A stretch of 59,584 nucleotides of DNA from the IMG/VR virus record IMGVR_UViG_3300045988_105378, positions 1 through 59,584 of that record. One strand, 5' to 3'. The translations under genes were made by a program, and so were the position numbers. The first letter of the stretch is position 1. Each line of letters opens with the position of its first letter. The notes beneath the pieces were generated by a model. That model saw only the letters and a list, made by a program, of their open reading frames with translations. It searched no databases and was not told the DNA's origin. The stretch is from a virus. Below are positions 9,186 to 19,243 of this stretch, piece by piece.

Positions 9186-10247
9186 ATGAATTCAATTATG
9201 GATTTAGTTAGTGCAAAGGCATTAACAACATATTGGCAAGAAACAGTAAGTAATCGTATTCCTTATCTTGGTGAAGGATTATTCCCAGCTAAAAAGAAAA
9301 TGGGATTAGACCTTGCTTGGATTAAAGGTTATAAAGGATTACCTATTGCATTAAAACCAAGTCATTTCGATACTAAAGCAACAGTAAGAGATAGAATTGG
9401 TGTTAAAAAGATTGAAACAGAAATGCCATTCTTTAGAGAAGCAATGACAATTAAAGAAAGAGATAGACAAGAATTATTAAGATTCCGTGAAAACGATAAC
9501 CAAAACTTATATAGTTCTATTATCTCAGAAATATTTGATGATAGGGCACAATTGATTGAAGGTGCCTTAATTCAAAGTGAAAGAATGAGAATGCAGTTAT
9601 TAGTAACTGGTGGTATTAGTATAGTAGCAAACAATGTAGACTATACATATAATTACGATGTAGATGGTGAATGGAAGAAAAATAATTATTTAGAAATGAG
9701 TGGTACTTCACTATGGTCAGACTTAACTAATAGTACACCAATGGAAGATATCAGATCAATGCAACAAAAAATAGTAGATTTAACAGGGGTAAAACCAACA
9801 AGAGCAATAATGACTCAAAAAACTTGGAATTACTTACTACAAAATAAATCTATCAAAATTGCATTAAACCCACTTGCTGGTGGATTAAACTTAGTCAGAG
9901 ATGCAGAACTTAAAAGCTTACTATTAAGCGAACTAGGTCTAACAGTTGCAATCTATGATAAGAAATTCAAAACAGAAACAGGGGCAACACAAAACTTCTA
10001 TCCAGATAACTACATTACTTTATTACCAGCTAGTACAATTGGTAATACTTACTATGGAACTACACCAGAGGAAGCAGATTTACAATCTATGAACTTTAAT
10101 GGAGATGTTTCTATAGTAGAAACAGGTGTAGCGGTTACTACAATCAATATACCACATCCAGTTAATAAAGAAACTATAGTTTCTGAGATCGTATTACCTT
10201 CATTCGAGAGAATGAACGAAGTTGCTACAATGAAAGTTGCAGCGTAG
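9186..10247 (+). CDS. major capsid protein (putative)
   Basis: 353 aa. Positioned after the scaffold, with a strong RBS (AGAGGAGGAATAAAAGATG) and a downstream terminator at 10257..10288, as usual for highly expressed capsid genes. Confidence 0.65.
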   Translation: MNSIMDLVSAKALTTYWQETVSNRIPYLGEGLFPAKKKMGLDLAWIKGYKGLPIALKPSHFDTKATVRDRIGVKKIETEMPFFREAMTIKERDRQELLRFRENDNQNLYSSIISEIFDDRAQLIEGALIQSERMRMQLLVTGGISIVANNVDYTYNYDVDGEWKKNNYLEMSGTSLWSDLTNSTPMEDIRSMQQKIVDLTGVKPTRAIMTQKTWNYLLQNKSIKIALNPLAGGLNLVRDAELKSLLLSELGLTVAIYDKKFKTETGATQNFYPDNYITLLPASTIGNTYYGTTPEEADLQSMNFNGDVSIVETGVAVTTINIPHPVNKETIVSEIVLPSFERMNEVATMKVAA

Positions 10248-10256
10248 TCCAAATAG

Positions 10257-10288
10257 AGGAGGGTTGCAAGATACCTTCCTTTATTTAT
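10257..10288 (+). terminator. rho-independent terminator after the capsid gene
   Basis: AGGAGGGT-(8-nt loop)-ACCTTCCT, an 8-bp stem with one G-U pair, followed by TTATTTATAT. Confidence 0.5.
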
Positions 10289-10313
10289 ATAAATTAAGAA
10301 GGAGGAGAATTCT

Positions 10314-10727
10314 ATGAGATTTCCGTTTGCGGTTAAACATAATGGTAAACTCTATGAGGCAGGATTAGAAGTACCTATTGGTAAAGAGCCTGTTAAAGAA
10401 ATAGAGAAAGAAGATAAAACTGCTTCAGAATTATCTAAAGAGTTAAAAGAGAAGTACAATATTGATATGGCTCCACAAATGGGAAAAGCCAAACTTCAAA
10501 AAGCTTTAGATGAAGCAGAAAAGAAAGCTAAGGAAGAAGAATTAAAAGCTAAGGAATTAGAACCAGAAGAAAACGAAGATGAAGAGTTAGAAGATGGTGA
10601 AGAGGAATTAGAAGATGAAGATTCTGAATTAGATGGCGAAGAAGAGGAAGAACCAGAAGATATAGATGATGGTGAACCTAATGAAAACGAAGATGAATCA
10701 TTCCTAGAAAAAATTATAAATGAATAG
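10314..10727 (+). CDS. hypothetical protein with about 60-aa poly-acidic (Glu/Asp) C-terminal tail
   Basis: 137 aa. C-terminal half EELKAKELEPEENEDEELEDGEEELEDEDSELDGEEEEEPEDIDDGEPNENEDE. Confidence 0.5.
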   Translation: MRFPFAVKHNGKLYEAGLEVPIGKEPVKEIEKEDKTASELSKELKEKYNIDMAPQMGKAKLQKALDEAEKKAKEEELKAKELEPEENEDEELEDGEEELEDEDSELDGEEEEEPEDIDDGEPNENEDESFLEKIINE

Positions 10728-10746
10728 TTAGCAAGGAGGTGCTAAT

Positions 10747-11181
10747 ATGAAAATTGAAGAAATCTTAGATTATAAGTTAAAGAAACTTCTAACTGACAAG
10801 TATAATAAAGTTACTGATGAAGATAAGAAGTTTATATTAGCACAAGCTAAAACTAAGATACAAGCATATTGCCATAGAAGAGATATACCTAAAGAGGCAT
10901 ATTACATATGGGCTGATATAGCTATTGAAATATTAAAGAACATTGATGAATCCTTATTTAAAATTGATACCATGTCTGAAGAAGAATTAAATAAAAGGGT
11001 CACTAGCATTAAATCCGGTGATACTACTATTACCGTAGATAGTGGAAATGCTAATGATACATTAGATACAGGATATAAAACCAATTCTAATGATGATGCT
11101 ATACTAAATAGTTTTGCCAAACAATTACAAGCATTCCGTAAGGTTGCTGCTGGTTGTGGGGATGGTTTAGATGGCTGTTAA
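10747..11181 (+). CDS. head-tail connector protein (putative)
   Basis: 144-aa ORF in the capsid-to-tail connector block. Call by position only. Confidence 0.4.
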   Translation: MKIEEILDYKLKKLLTDKYNKVTDEDKKFILAQAKTKIQAYCHRRDIPKEAYYIWADIAIEILKNIDESLFKIDTMSEEELNKRVTSIKSGDTTITVDSGNANDTLDTGYKTNSNDDAILNSFAKQLQAFRKVAAGCGDGLDGC

Positions 11182-11560
11182 TATTAGACCTTTTGGTAAA
11201 TTATTGAATGTATATATGTATGATGATACTTGTACTATTACTAGACTAAAACAAACCAAAGACCAATATGGTGCCACTAAACCAAATGGTAGAGAGGAAG
11301 TCTATAAAGATATTCCTTGTAAGTTTAGTTTTAGTGAAAAGGATAATCCATCAGATAGTAATGAAACATATATGCCAGTTCTAAAGCAGGTAGTAGTATT
11401 TACCGATTTAGATAATAATATACTAGCAGGAGATTACATTAGTGGTTATCGTACAGATAAAGCTAGTGGAATTAAACAGTTAGTAGAAGGTATATGTGGG
11501 GAACCAAATAGATTCGGAACACACCAAGAAATACCAATTCAAATAGAAGAGGAGAACTAA
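11171..11560 (+). CDS. head closure / head-tail adaptor (putative)
   Basis: 129-aa ORF overlapping the neighbouring start/stops (operon-like). Confidence 0.4.
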   Translation: MAVNIRPFGKLLNVYMYDDTCTITRLKQTKDQYGATKPNGREEVYKDIPCKFSFSEKDNPSDSNETYMPVLKQVVVFTDLDNNILAGDYISGYRTDKASGIKQLVEGICGEPNRFGTHQEIPIQIEEEN

Positions 11561-11994
11561 TGGCTAGTACAGGAACTATTAAATTCAAAGTAAATATAAA
11601 AGGAGTAGAAGAATATAAGAAAAATGTTCAGAATGCTATTCCAAAACTTAGAAACTTTGAATATAAATTCCTTACTACTTTAGCAAATATGGTTATACAA
11701 AGGGCTATTCCAAATACACCAGTAGATACTGGTAGATTAAGAAGAAGTTATAAAGTTACCAAAGTGGAAAACTTAGGTAATACTTTACAAATAACCGTAT
11801 ATAATGATGCTAGGGACAATGGTTCAGCAGAAAGTTATGCTTCATATGTTGAGTTTGGTCATTTTACTAGGTACCGTACTAGTTGGGTAGAAGGACATTG
11901 GATGCTAACAATTGCCACAGATGAGGTAAAAGCAGAAATGTCAAGGGTATGGAAAAAGTTATTTAATGAATGGGTAAAGGAGAGTGGATTATAG
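11560..11994 (+). CDS. tail-completion / neck protein (putative)
   Basis: 144 aa, ATGA overlap, position in the connector block. Confidence 0.4.
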   Translation: MASTGTIKFKVNIKGVEEYKKNVQNAIPKLRNFEYKFLTTLANMVIQRAIPNTPVDTGRLRRSYKVTKVENLGNTLQITVYNDARDNGSAESYASYVEFGHFTRYRTSWVEGHWMLTIATDEVKAEMSRVWKKLFNEWVKESGL

Positions 11995-12489
11995 ATGAAT
12001 ATAGAAATTACTGAAAATATTATTAGAGGTTCTATAGTTTATCAATTAAAACAAGCCTTCGGTGATTCATATAAATACTATGATGAAGAAATAGAACAAG
12101 GATTCGAAAAACCTTCATTTCACGTAAGTAGGATAGATGATATCAGTCGTAAAGGATATACTGGTAATCAATATAAGTTAGTAGATAATACTTACAGATA
12201 TGTTATCAAATACTTTACGGCAGAGAAGAATAATAAAATTAAGGATATCAATGATAAGATTGATGAATTGAAACAGATATTTAATTATTTAGAAATAGTA
12301 AATATCAAAGATAATAAAGTTTATAGTAAGTTTAATAGAATAAATGGTATAGAAGTTACAGTTAGTGATGGAGTACTACTATTCCAAATAAACTTTCCTA
12401 TAAGAACAGTCGAATATGTTCAAGTAGATAAAGTAAAAAGTAATACTTTGGTAGAACATATAATAAATAATGAAAAGGAGGAAAAATAA
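11995..12489 (+). CDS. tail terminator / sheath-stabilising protein (putative)
   Basis: 164 aa, directly upstream of the sheath gene. Confidence 0.4.
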   Translation: MNIEITENIIRGSIVYQLKQAFGDSYKYYDEEIEQGFEKPSFHVSRIDDISRKGYTGNQYKLVDNTYRYVIKYFTAEKNNKIKDINDKIDELKQIFNYLEIVNIKDNKVYSKFNRINGIEVTVSDGVLLFQINFPIRTVEYVQVDKVKSNTLVEHIINNEKEEK

Positions 12490-12490
12490 T

Positions 12491-13849
12491 ATGGCTGGAG
12501 GAGTATTTCAAAGTCAAAATAAGATTAGACCTGGTGCCTATATTAAATTCCAAGGTGTTCCATCTGAGGATAATATAGTAGGTAGTCGTGGTGTAGTTAC
12601 TTTTGCAGCACCTATTAACTGGGGACCTGAGGGTGAACTAATTAAGCTTACCGTTAGCGATTTATATAATAATAACCTAGAAAAACTAATTGGTGCAAAT
12701 ATTTATTCTAGTGATGCTAAATTAGTAAAAGCAGCATTAGAAAACGCCCATACTTTATTACTATATCGTGGTAGTAAAGGTGGTAAGAAAGCCGCAGCAA
12801 CATTAACAGTTGGTGAAGCTAATTTAAAAGTTACAGCTAAGTATACTGGTACTGCCGGTAATAAAATTAGTGTAGCAATTAAACAGATGTACAATAATGG
12901 ATATGCAGTTAATACATATCTTGGAAGTACACAAAAAGATTCACAAATAATTGACAATTTAGAAAAATTAGTTGCTAACGATTTTGTAGAATTTGAAGGA
13001 ACTGGAGTTATTACAGCAGAAGTAGTTAATACATTACTTACTGGTGGTGAAAATGGAACATTCCAAACTTCAGATTACGATGCTTACTTAGCATTATTAA
13101 AAAATGAACAATTTGATACATTAGCAGCATATAACTTTAGTTCAGGAGCTTCATTCTTTACAGGAATTTCTATTAGGGAATTCATTCAAGAAATGAGGGA
13201 AACTAGAGGAATTAAATGCCAAGCAGTTATAAATAACTTTGTGGCAGCTAATTACGAAGGTATTATTAGTACTAATGGACAAGGTGTTAAGTATACAGAT
13301 GGTTCAGAATTAAGTGGTGAAGAATTTGTAGTATGGGTAGCAGGTGCTACAGCAGGTGCTGATATTACAGAATCAAATACATATAAAATAGTTACTAACG
13401 CAGTAGAAATTACTAACGATGTTTTAGAAGATGATATAGAATCACTAATCACACAAGGATACTTAATTATAAGTAAACGTAGAGATGGTGCTATAGTAAT
13501 TGAAAAAGATATCAATACATTAGTAACATTAAGAGATGAAGTAACAGCAGCATTTAAAGAAAACAAAGTAGTAAGATTACTAGATTCAGTAGCAAACCAT
13601 ATAGCATTGGATTTCGAACAAAACTATGTTGGTAAGGTTAACAATGATAGTACTGGTCAAGCTTTATTCAAAACAAGTATAATTAGTTATCTATCTAACT
13701 TACAAGCAAGTGGGGCAATCATTAACTTTAACAGTGCAGAAGATGTATTAGTTGAAGCTGGTGAGCAAGTAGATTCATTCTATTCAGAAATCTATATCCA
13801 ACCAACTTACAGTGTTGATAAGTTATATATGGTAGTAAACGTTAAATAA
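12491..13849 (+). CDS. contractile tail sheath protein
   Basis: 452 aa from the RBS-supported ATG at 12491 (AAGGAGGAAAAATAATATG). N-terminus MAGGVFQSQNKIRPGAYIKFQGV is typical of phage sheath proteins. Followed by a tube-sized gene. Confidence 0.75.
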   Translation: MAGGVFQSQNKIRPGAYIKFQGVPSEDNIVGSRGVVTFAAPINWGPEGELIKLTVSDLYNNNLEKLIGANIYSSDAKLVKAALENAHTLLLYRGSKGGKKAAATLTVGEANLKVTAKYTGTAGNKISVAIKQMYNNGYAVNTYLGSTQKDSQIIDNLEKLVANDFVEFEGTGVITAEVVNTLLTGGENGTFQTSDYDAYLALLKNEQFDTLAAYNFSSGASFFTGISIREFIQEMRETRGIKCQAVINNFVAANYEGIISTNGQGVKYTDGSELSGEEFVVWVAGATAGADITESNTYKIVTNAVEITNDVLEDDIESLITQGYLIISKRRDGAIVIEKDINTLVTLRDEVTAAFKENKVVRLLDSVANHIALDFEQNYVGKVNNDSTGQALFKTSIISYLSNLQASGAIINFNSAEDVLVEAGEQVDSFYSEIYIQPTYSVDKLYMVVNVK

Positions 13850-13870
13850 TTAAGAAAGGAGATGTTGTAG

Positions 13871-14338
13871 ATGAAAACATTAAGAGCTAGTGATATTCCA
13901 GCAGGAAGCGAAGCCGTTGCCTATATTGAAATAGATGGCAAGGTTGAAGAGTTCTTCTATGCTAAATCTATTGAAGCAACAGCCGAACTTAATAAATCAG
14001 AAGTTAAAGTAATGGGTAAACGTGGAGTTCAAAATAAAGCTACTGGATGGTCTGGTAGTGGTTCTATGACAATCTATTACGTAACTACAATGTTTAGAAA
14101 TATGCTATTAAAATATGCCAAAGAAGGAGTATTACCAGCATTTAAGTTAGTAGTAACTAACGAAGATAAAGGTACTTCTATTGGTAAACAAACAGTTGTA
14201 TTATACGATTGCGTTATTGATAGTGTAAATCTAGTTAAGTTCGATGTTGAATCAGATGCATTAGATGAAGATATGGATTTCACATTCAGTGATTTCGATA
14301 TATTAGATAGTTTTGGTAATCCAGTTTATTCAGATTAG
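13871..14338 (+). CDS. tail tube protein
   Basis: 155 aa immediately after the sheath gene (XkdM-like position). Confidence 0.65.
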   Translation: MKTLRASDIPAGSEAVAYIEIDGKVEEFFYAKSIEATAELNKSEVKVMGKRGVQNKATGWSGSGSMTIYYVTTMFRNMLLKYAKEGVLPAFKLVVTNEDKGTSIGKQTVVLYDCVIDSVNLVKFDVESDALDEDMDFTFSDFDILDSFGNPVYSD

Positions 14339-14436
14339 TCAAAACAAGTAGCAGAACCGAGGTAGATTGGTAAGTTTAGGTCCTAATCAATATAAATTAT
14401 CGGTTAAGACCTTTCTTACTAAATATGCCGAAATAA

Positions 14437-14886
14437 ATGGCAAATAAGGAGGGAGAATATTATATGTCAGCATTAAAAGAGTTCTTAGTTGAAAATTCAG
14501 ATATAGTAGGAAAAGAAGTGGAGGTTCCAATTAGTCCAAGATTTAAGGATAAAGAAGGAAACTTACTAAAGTTTAAGATTAGACCAATGACAGGAGATGA
14601 ATTTGGTAAATATCAAAAACAATGTACTACTATAAATGTTAATGGAAGAAAGAAAGAAACAATCTTTGATAGTGGTAAATTCAATTTACTATGTATTATA
14701 AATCATTGTATTGATCCAGATTTCAAAGATGCAGATTTCTTAAAACAATTAGGAGTACAAACACCAGAGCAAGCAGTTAGTAAAACATTGCTAGCAGGGG
14801 AAATAGTTGAATTAGGAAACCAAGTTACTAAGGTTTCTGGATTTGATACAGATATCAATGAAGAAATAGAAGCAGCAAAAAACTAA
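14437..14886 (+). CDS. tail assembly chaperone (G-like, unshifted product)
   Basis: 149-aa ORF between the tube and tape-measure genes. Ends at the slippery sequence A_AAA_AAC followed by TAA. Confidence 0.65.
   Translation: MANKEGEYYMSALKEFLVENSDIVGKEVEVPISPRFKDKEGNLLKFKIRPMTGDEFGKYQKQCTTINVNGRKKETIFDSGKFNLLCIINHCIDPDFKDADFLKQLGVQTPEQAVSKTLLAGEIVELGNQVTKVSGFDTDINEEIEAAKN
14877..14883 (+). promoter_or_regulatory. programmed -1 ribosomal frameshift slippery heptamer A_AAA_AAC
   Basis: X_XXY_YYZ heptamer aligned to the zero frame (gcA AAA AAC taa) as the last codons of the chaperone ORF. Possible stimulatory hairpin GCGAA...TTCGC at about 14902..14930. Confidence 0.6.
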
Positions 14887-15074
14887 TTGAGGAAGGTGAT
14901 GGCGAAACGATGTACGCATACTTCGCTTTCCATAAGATACATATGAGGCCTTCCGAATTTGCCAATTTACCGGTAAAAGAGAAGGCCTTAATTATTGCCT
15001 TTATAGATGAATATCAAAAAGAAAAGAAGAAGGAATCCAATGCGGTGAAGAAGGCAAGTAGAAAGAAAAAATAG
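14877..15074 (+). CDS. -1 frameshift extension of the tail assembly chaperone (GT-like product; joins 14437..14883 to the -1 frame through 15074)
   Basis: The -1 frame is open from 14862 to TAG at 15072..15074. It encodes ...KKLIEEGDGETMYAYFAFHKIHMRPSEFANLPVKEKALIIAFIDEYQKEKKKESNAVKKASRKKK. Otherwise 14887..15100 would be an unexplained 214-nt gap before the tape-measure gene. Confidence 0.6.
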   Translation, partial: KKLIEEGDGETMYAYFAFHKIHMRPSEFANLPVKEKALIIAFIDEYQKEKKKESNAVKKASRKKK

Positions 15075-15100
15075 TGCGTACAAGATAAGGAGGTAATGAT

Positions 15101-17545
15101 ATGGCAACAATTAGTAGTACCTTCAAGATGCAAGATAATGCTACAAGTACATTGAATAGTGTATCTAAAAGTTTAGACCAAGTTATTAAACAAGCGGATA
15201 CATTAAATGCCAAAACTCCAAAGTTTGGAACTGGTGGTTTAAATTCAAACTTGTACAATGCAGTTAATCAATACCGTTCCTTAACCACAATGCAAGACAC
15301 AGTCAATGCTAAAATTGAACAAATGCAGGCTAAACAAAATAAAGTTAGAGATGCTATTAAGAAACAACTAAGTGCTGAGAATGCTAATGAAAAAGCAATT
15401 GATAGAAATCGTAAGAAAGTTGAAAAGATTGAAGATGCCAAGAAGAGGTTAATTAAAACTTCAGATCAATTAACTAATAAGATTTTAAATCAAGCAAAAG
15501 CAGTTGATACCGTTGCTAAGAATACCAATAAGATAAAATCCAACAGTAGTGGGGTTGAAAGTGGTCTTGGTAAATGGGGTGCTAGAATAACAGTATTCAA
15601 TCAAGGATTGGAATTAGCACAAAAAGTAGGAGCTGCGGTAAAGGCAGGATTAGATTATTCAGATAATTTAGCACTTAATAAAGCAAGATTAAATCTTATG
15701 AATGATGGTTTACAAACCACTGAAGAATTACAGGATAAGATATTTGCGGCATCACAAAGGTCAAGAGGTTCTTATGATGATATGACTAAATCAGTTGCTA
15801 AGTTAGGATTATTAGCAGGTGATGCTTTTAAATCAAATGATGAAATGATAGCATTTAGTGAAATGATGAATAAATCATTTAAAGTATCCGGGGCATCTAA
15901 TCAAGAGATTAGTACAGCAACATATCAGTTAACGCAAGCGATGGCAGCAGGAAAACTACAAGGTGATGAATTCCGTAGTATTATGGAAAACGCACCAATG
16001 TTAGCAGATGCTATTGCTAAGTATATGGGTAAATCAAAAGGTGAGTTGAAAGAACTATCTAGTGAAGGTGTTATTACTTCAGATATAATTAAGAATGCTT
16101 TATTTAGTTCAGCAGATGAAATCAATCAAAAATATGAACAAATGCCAAAAACATTCGCAGATGCAATGACCAGTATTCAAAATAATGCACAAAAAACATT
16201 ACAACCAGTGGCAGATAAGATTAGTAATCTATTAAATAGTCCGCAGTTCCAATCTATGGTTAATGTAATCATAAACGGAATTGGATTGATAGGAGATGGA
16301 ATTGCTTGGTTATTAGGAGTAGGTACTAGTATCTATGATTGGTGCCAAAACCATTTACCATTGATTAAGGCATTGCTATTTGGTATAGGTGTTTATATGG
16401 GTGTTACAATGGTTAAAGATGTAGCATTACTAACAGTAGCATTATTGAAACAAGCCGGTGCTTGGTTATTAGCACATTCACAAATGATATTGGTTATTGG
16501 GGCATTGGCACTTGGCTATTACGTATTCCAACAAACAAATAGTATTCTAACAACATTAGCAGTAATGATTGCAGTAGTTGCTGGGGTAATGGCTATTTGG
16601 AATATAGCACAATGGGCTTTAAATAGTGCCATGTATGCTTGTCCAATAGTTTGGATAATAGTATTGATAATAGCATTGATTGCAGTAATCTATCTAGTAT
16701 TACAATGGATAGGTAAAACTACAAAGGTAGCCAACAGTGGATTAGGAATGATAGCCGGTGGTGTTAATGTAGTAATTCAATTCTTTAAAAACTTAGGATT
16801 GGTAGTAGCAAATATTGGTCTTGGAATATGGAACGTATTGAAAGCTTGTGCTAGCAATATTGGAACAGCATTTAAGAATACCATTCTTAATATTAAATCT
16901 TGGTTCTATGGAATGTTAAGTACAGCATTAACTGTGGTTGAGGGTATATGTAAAGCATTAAATAAGTTACCATTCGTGGATATAGATTATAGCGGAATTA
17001 CTTCCAAGGCTAAAGATTATGCTAATAAAGCAAAAGAAGCCGAAGATAGTAAAGAAGAATATAAGAGTTTAATGGATGAATTCAATAAAGGTATGAATAC
17101 ATTCGATACATTCCAAGATGGTTGGGCTAGTGATGCCTTCAAACAAGGTGCAGCGTGGGGAGATGGAATTGCAGAGAAGATTGATAATGCCATTGGAAGT
17201 TTTGATCCAAGTAAATTACTAGGGGATACTTTAGGAAGTTTAGGACAAGGTCAAGATTATGGAAACGGATTTGATATGGCTTCAATGATAGATCCAAACG
17301 GAAATGTACCAGTTGATGTTAAGAAAAATAGTGATAAAGAAGTAGATATTTCAGATGAAGATTTGAAAATGCTTAAAGATATAGCAACAAGAGAATACAT
17401 GCTAAATTATAAACATATAACACCAAATGTTAACATTGAATTCGGAGACATTAAGGAAACAGCAGATGTTAACCAAGTTAAAGATGCTATAACTAAGATG
17501 ATGAATGAAGAGTTGGCAGAGTTATATGTAGTAGAGGAGGGCTAA
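15101..17545 (+). CDS. tail tape measure protein
   Basis: 814 aa. N-terminal coiled-coil, a central block of multiple hydrophobic transmembrane-like segments, and a position after the frameshifted chaperone. Confidence 0.85.
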   Translation: MATISSTFKMQDNATSTLNSVSKSLDQVIKQADTLNAKTPKFGTGGLNSNLYNAVNQYRSLTTMQDTVNAKIEQMQAKQNKVRDAIKKQLSAENANEKAIDRNRKKVEKIEDAKKRLIKTSDQLTNKILNQAKAVDTVAKNTNKIKSNSSGVESGLGKWGARITVFNQGLELAQKVGAAVKAGLDYSDNLALNKARLNLMNDGLQTTEELQDKIFAASQRSRGSYDDMTKSVAKLGLLAGDAFKSNDEMIAFSEMMNKSFKVSGASNQEISTATYQLTQAMAAGKLQGDEFRSIMENAPMLADAIAKYMGKSKGELKELSSEGVITSDIIKNALFSSADEINQKYEQMPKTFADAMTSIQNNAQKTLQPVADKISNLLNSPQFQSMVNVIINGIGLIGDGIAWLLGVGTSIYDWCQNHLPLIKALLFGIGVYMGVTMVKDVALLTVALLKQAGAWLLAHSQMILVIGALALGYYVFQQTNSILTTLAVMIAVVAGVMAIWNIAQWALNSAMYACPIVWIIVLIIALIAVIYLVLQWIGKTTKVANSGLGMIAGGVNVVIQFFKNLGLVVANIGLGIWNVLKACASNIGTAFKNTILNIKSWFYGMLSTALTVVEGICKALNKLPFVDIDYSGITSKAKDYANKAKEAEDSKEEYKSLMDEFNKGMNTFDTFQDGWASDAFKQGAAWGDGIAEKIDNAIGSFDPSKLLGDTLGSLGQGQDYGNGFDMASMIDPNGNVPVDVKKNSDKEVDISDEDLKMLKDIATREYMLNYKHITPNVNIEFGDIKETADVNQVKDAITKMMNEELAELYVVEEG

Positions 17546-17546
17546 T

Positions 17547-18242
17547 ATGATAAGCTTATTTGCTAAGTATAAAGATAGATTGGTTCAATTACCAGTAAAT
17601 CCAGAAGATATAACTATTAGTGGAGCCGTTAGTAATAGTACTTCTGATACTGTTGGACAAGGTCAAATAAATGATTTAGGGTTTCCAGAATTAAAGGGAC
17701 TAACTGTTAGTTCCTTTTTCCCTAAACGTTATAACAATGAATTATATATCAATACAGGTGGTGATTTCGAAGGACCTGATTTCTATATTAAGTTCTTTGA
17801 AGATATTAAAACAGCAAGAGAACCATTTAGATTGATTATAACAGATATAGATATAAATATGTTGGTTAGTATAGAAAACTTTGAGTATACCTACCAATAT
17901 GGTACAGATGATGTAGATTATTCTTTAGAATTAAAAGAATATAAAGAACATAATATTAGAGTATTAAAAGCCAGTCGTAATGGTTATACTACAGTTGATA
18001 GTACAATTCAAAAAGTAGCATCTGCATCAGTTACTAATACAAATAGTAATAGGTCAGTTGAGAAACCTACACCTAAAACTTATACAGTTGTAAGTGGGGA
18101 TTCTCTATGGAAAATAGCACAGAAGTTGCTAGGTGATGGTAGTAGATGGAGAGAAATCTACACATATAATAATAATAAGAGTATCATAGGAGGCAATCCA
18201 AATCTAATTAGACCAGGTCAGATTCTATCGATACCTAGTTAG
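17547..18242 (+). CDS. LysM-domain tail protein (XkdP-like)
   Basis: C-terminal LysM motif [31 protein letters not shown]...[10 protein letters not shown]. Position after the tape-measure gene as in PBSX-like tails. Confidence 0.8.
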   Translation: MISLFAKYKDRLVQLPVNPEDITISGAVSNSTSDTVGQGQINDLGFPELKGLTVSSFFPKRYNNELYINTGGDFEGPDFYIKFFEDIKTAREPFRLIITDIDINMLVSIENFEYTYQYGTDDVDYSLELKEYKEHNIRVLKASRNGYTTVDSTIQKVASASVTNTNSNRSVEKPTPKTYTVVSGDSLWKIAQKLLGDGSRWREIYTYNNNKSIIGGNPNLIRPGQILSIPS

Positions 18243-18253
18243 GAGGAACACTT

Positions 18254-19243
18254 ATGAAGTATGACAGTCTTGAGTTAATAGTACAAAGTTCTGAAGATGG
18301 AACTATATACGATTTATCAAATATAAGTAAATCAATAAGTACAAGTAAACCCATAGATAGCTCTGCTGGTAAGTGTTCTTTTTCTATTGATACTAATAAA
18401 CAGAAAATAAGAATTCCAATGGGTAGTACAGTTAGTTTAACAGTAACGGAACAAGGTAAGAAAAAAGGAAAATTCTTTGGATATGTATTTAGTACAGAAC
18501 CAAAGGGTAATGAAGTTAATGTTACAGCATATGACCAATTACGTTATTTAAAGAATAATGAAACATATGTGTTAACTGGAACCACTATGGAAAGAATTAT
18601 TAAACTAATCGGAAATGACTTTGGTTTAAGATTAGGAACAATAGAAGGTGTAGGATACATATTACCAGAAAGAGTAGAGGATAATAAAGCTCTTGGAGAT
18701 ATAATTCAGAGGGCAATAGATTTTACATTACAAGGTACAAGAAGACAATTCATTATAAGGGATGAGTTTGGATATCTTTGTTGTAGAGATGTAAGTAAAT
18801 TAGTTACCAATTTAGTTGTTGGTGATGTAAGTTTATTAAAAGATTATAGTTATAAAGAATCAATTGATTCTAACGTATATAACAGTGTAAAACTATATAA
18901 AGATAATAAAGATAGTGGTAAGAGAGAAACTTACGTTATATATGATAGTAATAATATTAAACGTTGGGGTAAACTACAATTCTATCAATCAGTGGATGAA
19001 AATATTACTGATGCACAAGCAAGAGAAAAGGCACAGCAATATTTAAAGTTATATAATAGAGTTAATAGAACCCTATCATTAAAATGCGAAGGTGTAATAG
19101 ATTTAGAACCGGGTAGTGGAATATATTTACAAATAACAGATATACCGGGGGTAGTATTTACACAAGCGGCTTTAATAACCAAGATAGATGATAACTATGA
19201 GAATGGAAATCATACTATGGATTTGGAGGTGATGTTTGAATGA
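18254..19243 (+). CDS. tail/baseplate protein (XkdQ / late control D-like position)
   Basis: 329 aa following the LysM protein. Call by synteny. Confidence 0.45.
   Translation: MKYDSLELIVQSSEDGTIYDLSNISKSISTSKPIDSSAGKCSFSIDTNKQKIRIPMGSTVSLTVTEQGKKKGKFFGYVFSTEPKGNEVNVTAYDQLRYLKNNETYVLTGTTMERIIKLIGNDFGLRLGTIEGVGYILPERVEDNKALGDIIQRAIDFTLQGTRRQFIIRDEFGYLCCRDVSKLVTNLVVGDVSLLKDYSYKESIDSNVYNSVKLYKDNKDSGKRETYVIYDSNNIKRWGKLQFYQSVDENITDAQAREKAQQYLKLYNRVNRTLSLKCEGVIDLEPGSGIYLQITDIPGVVFTQAALITKIDDNYENGNHTMDLEVMFE

Noticed and set aside
10560-10690. GAA/GAT-rich DNA in the acidic-tail gene as a tandem DNA repeat or CRISPR-like element
   Set aside because: It is low-complexity codon repetition (Glu/Asp codons) without a fixed unit.
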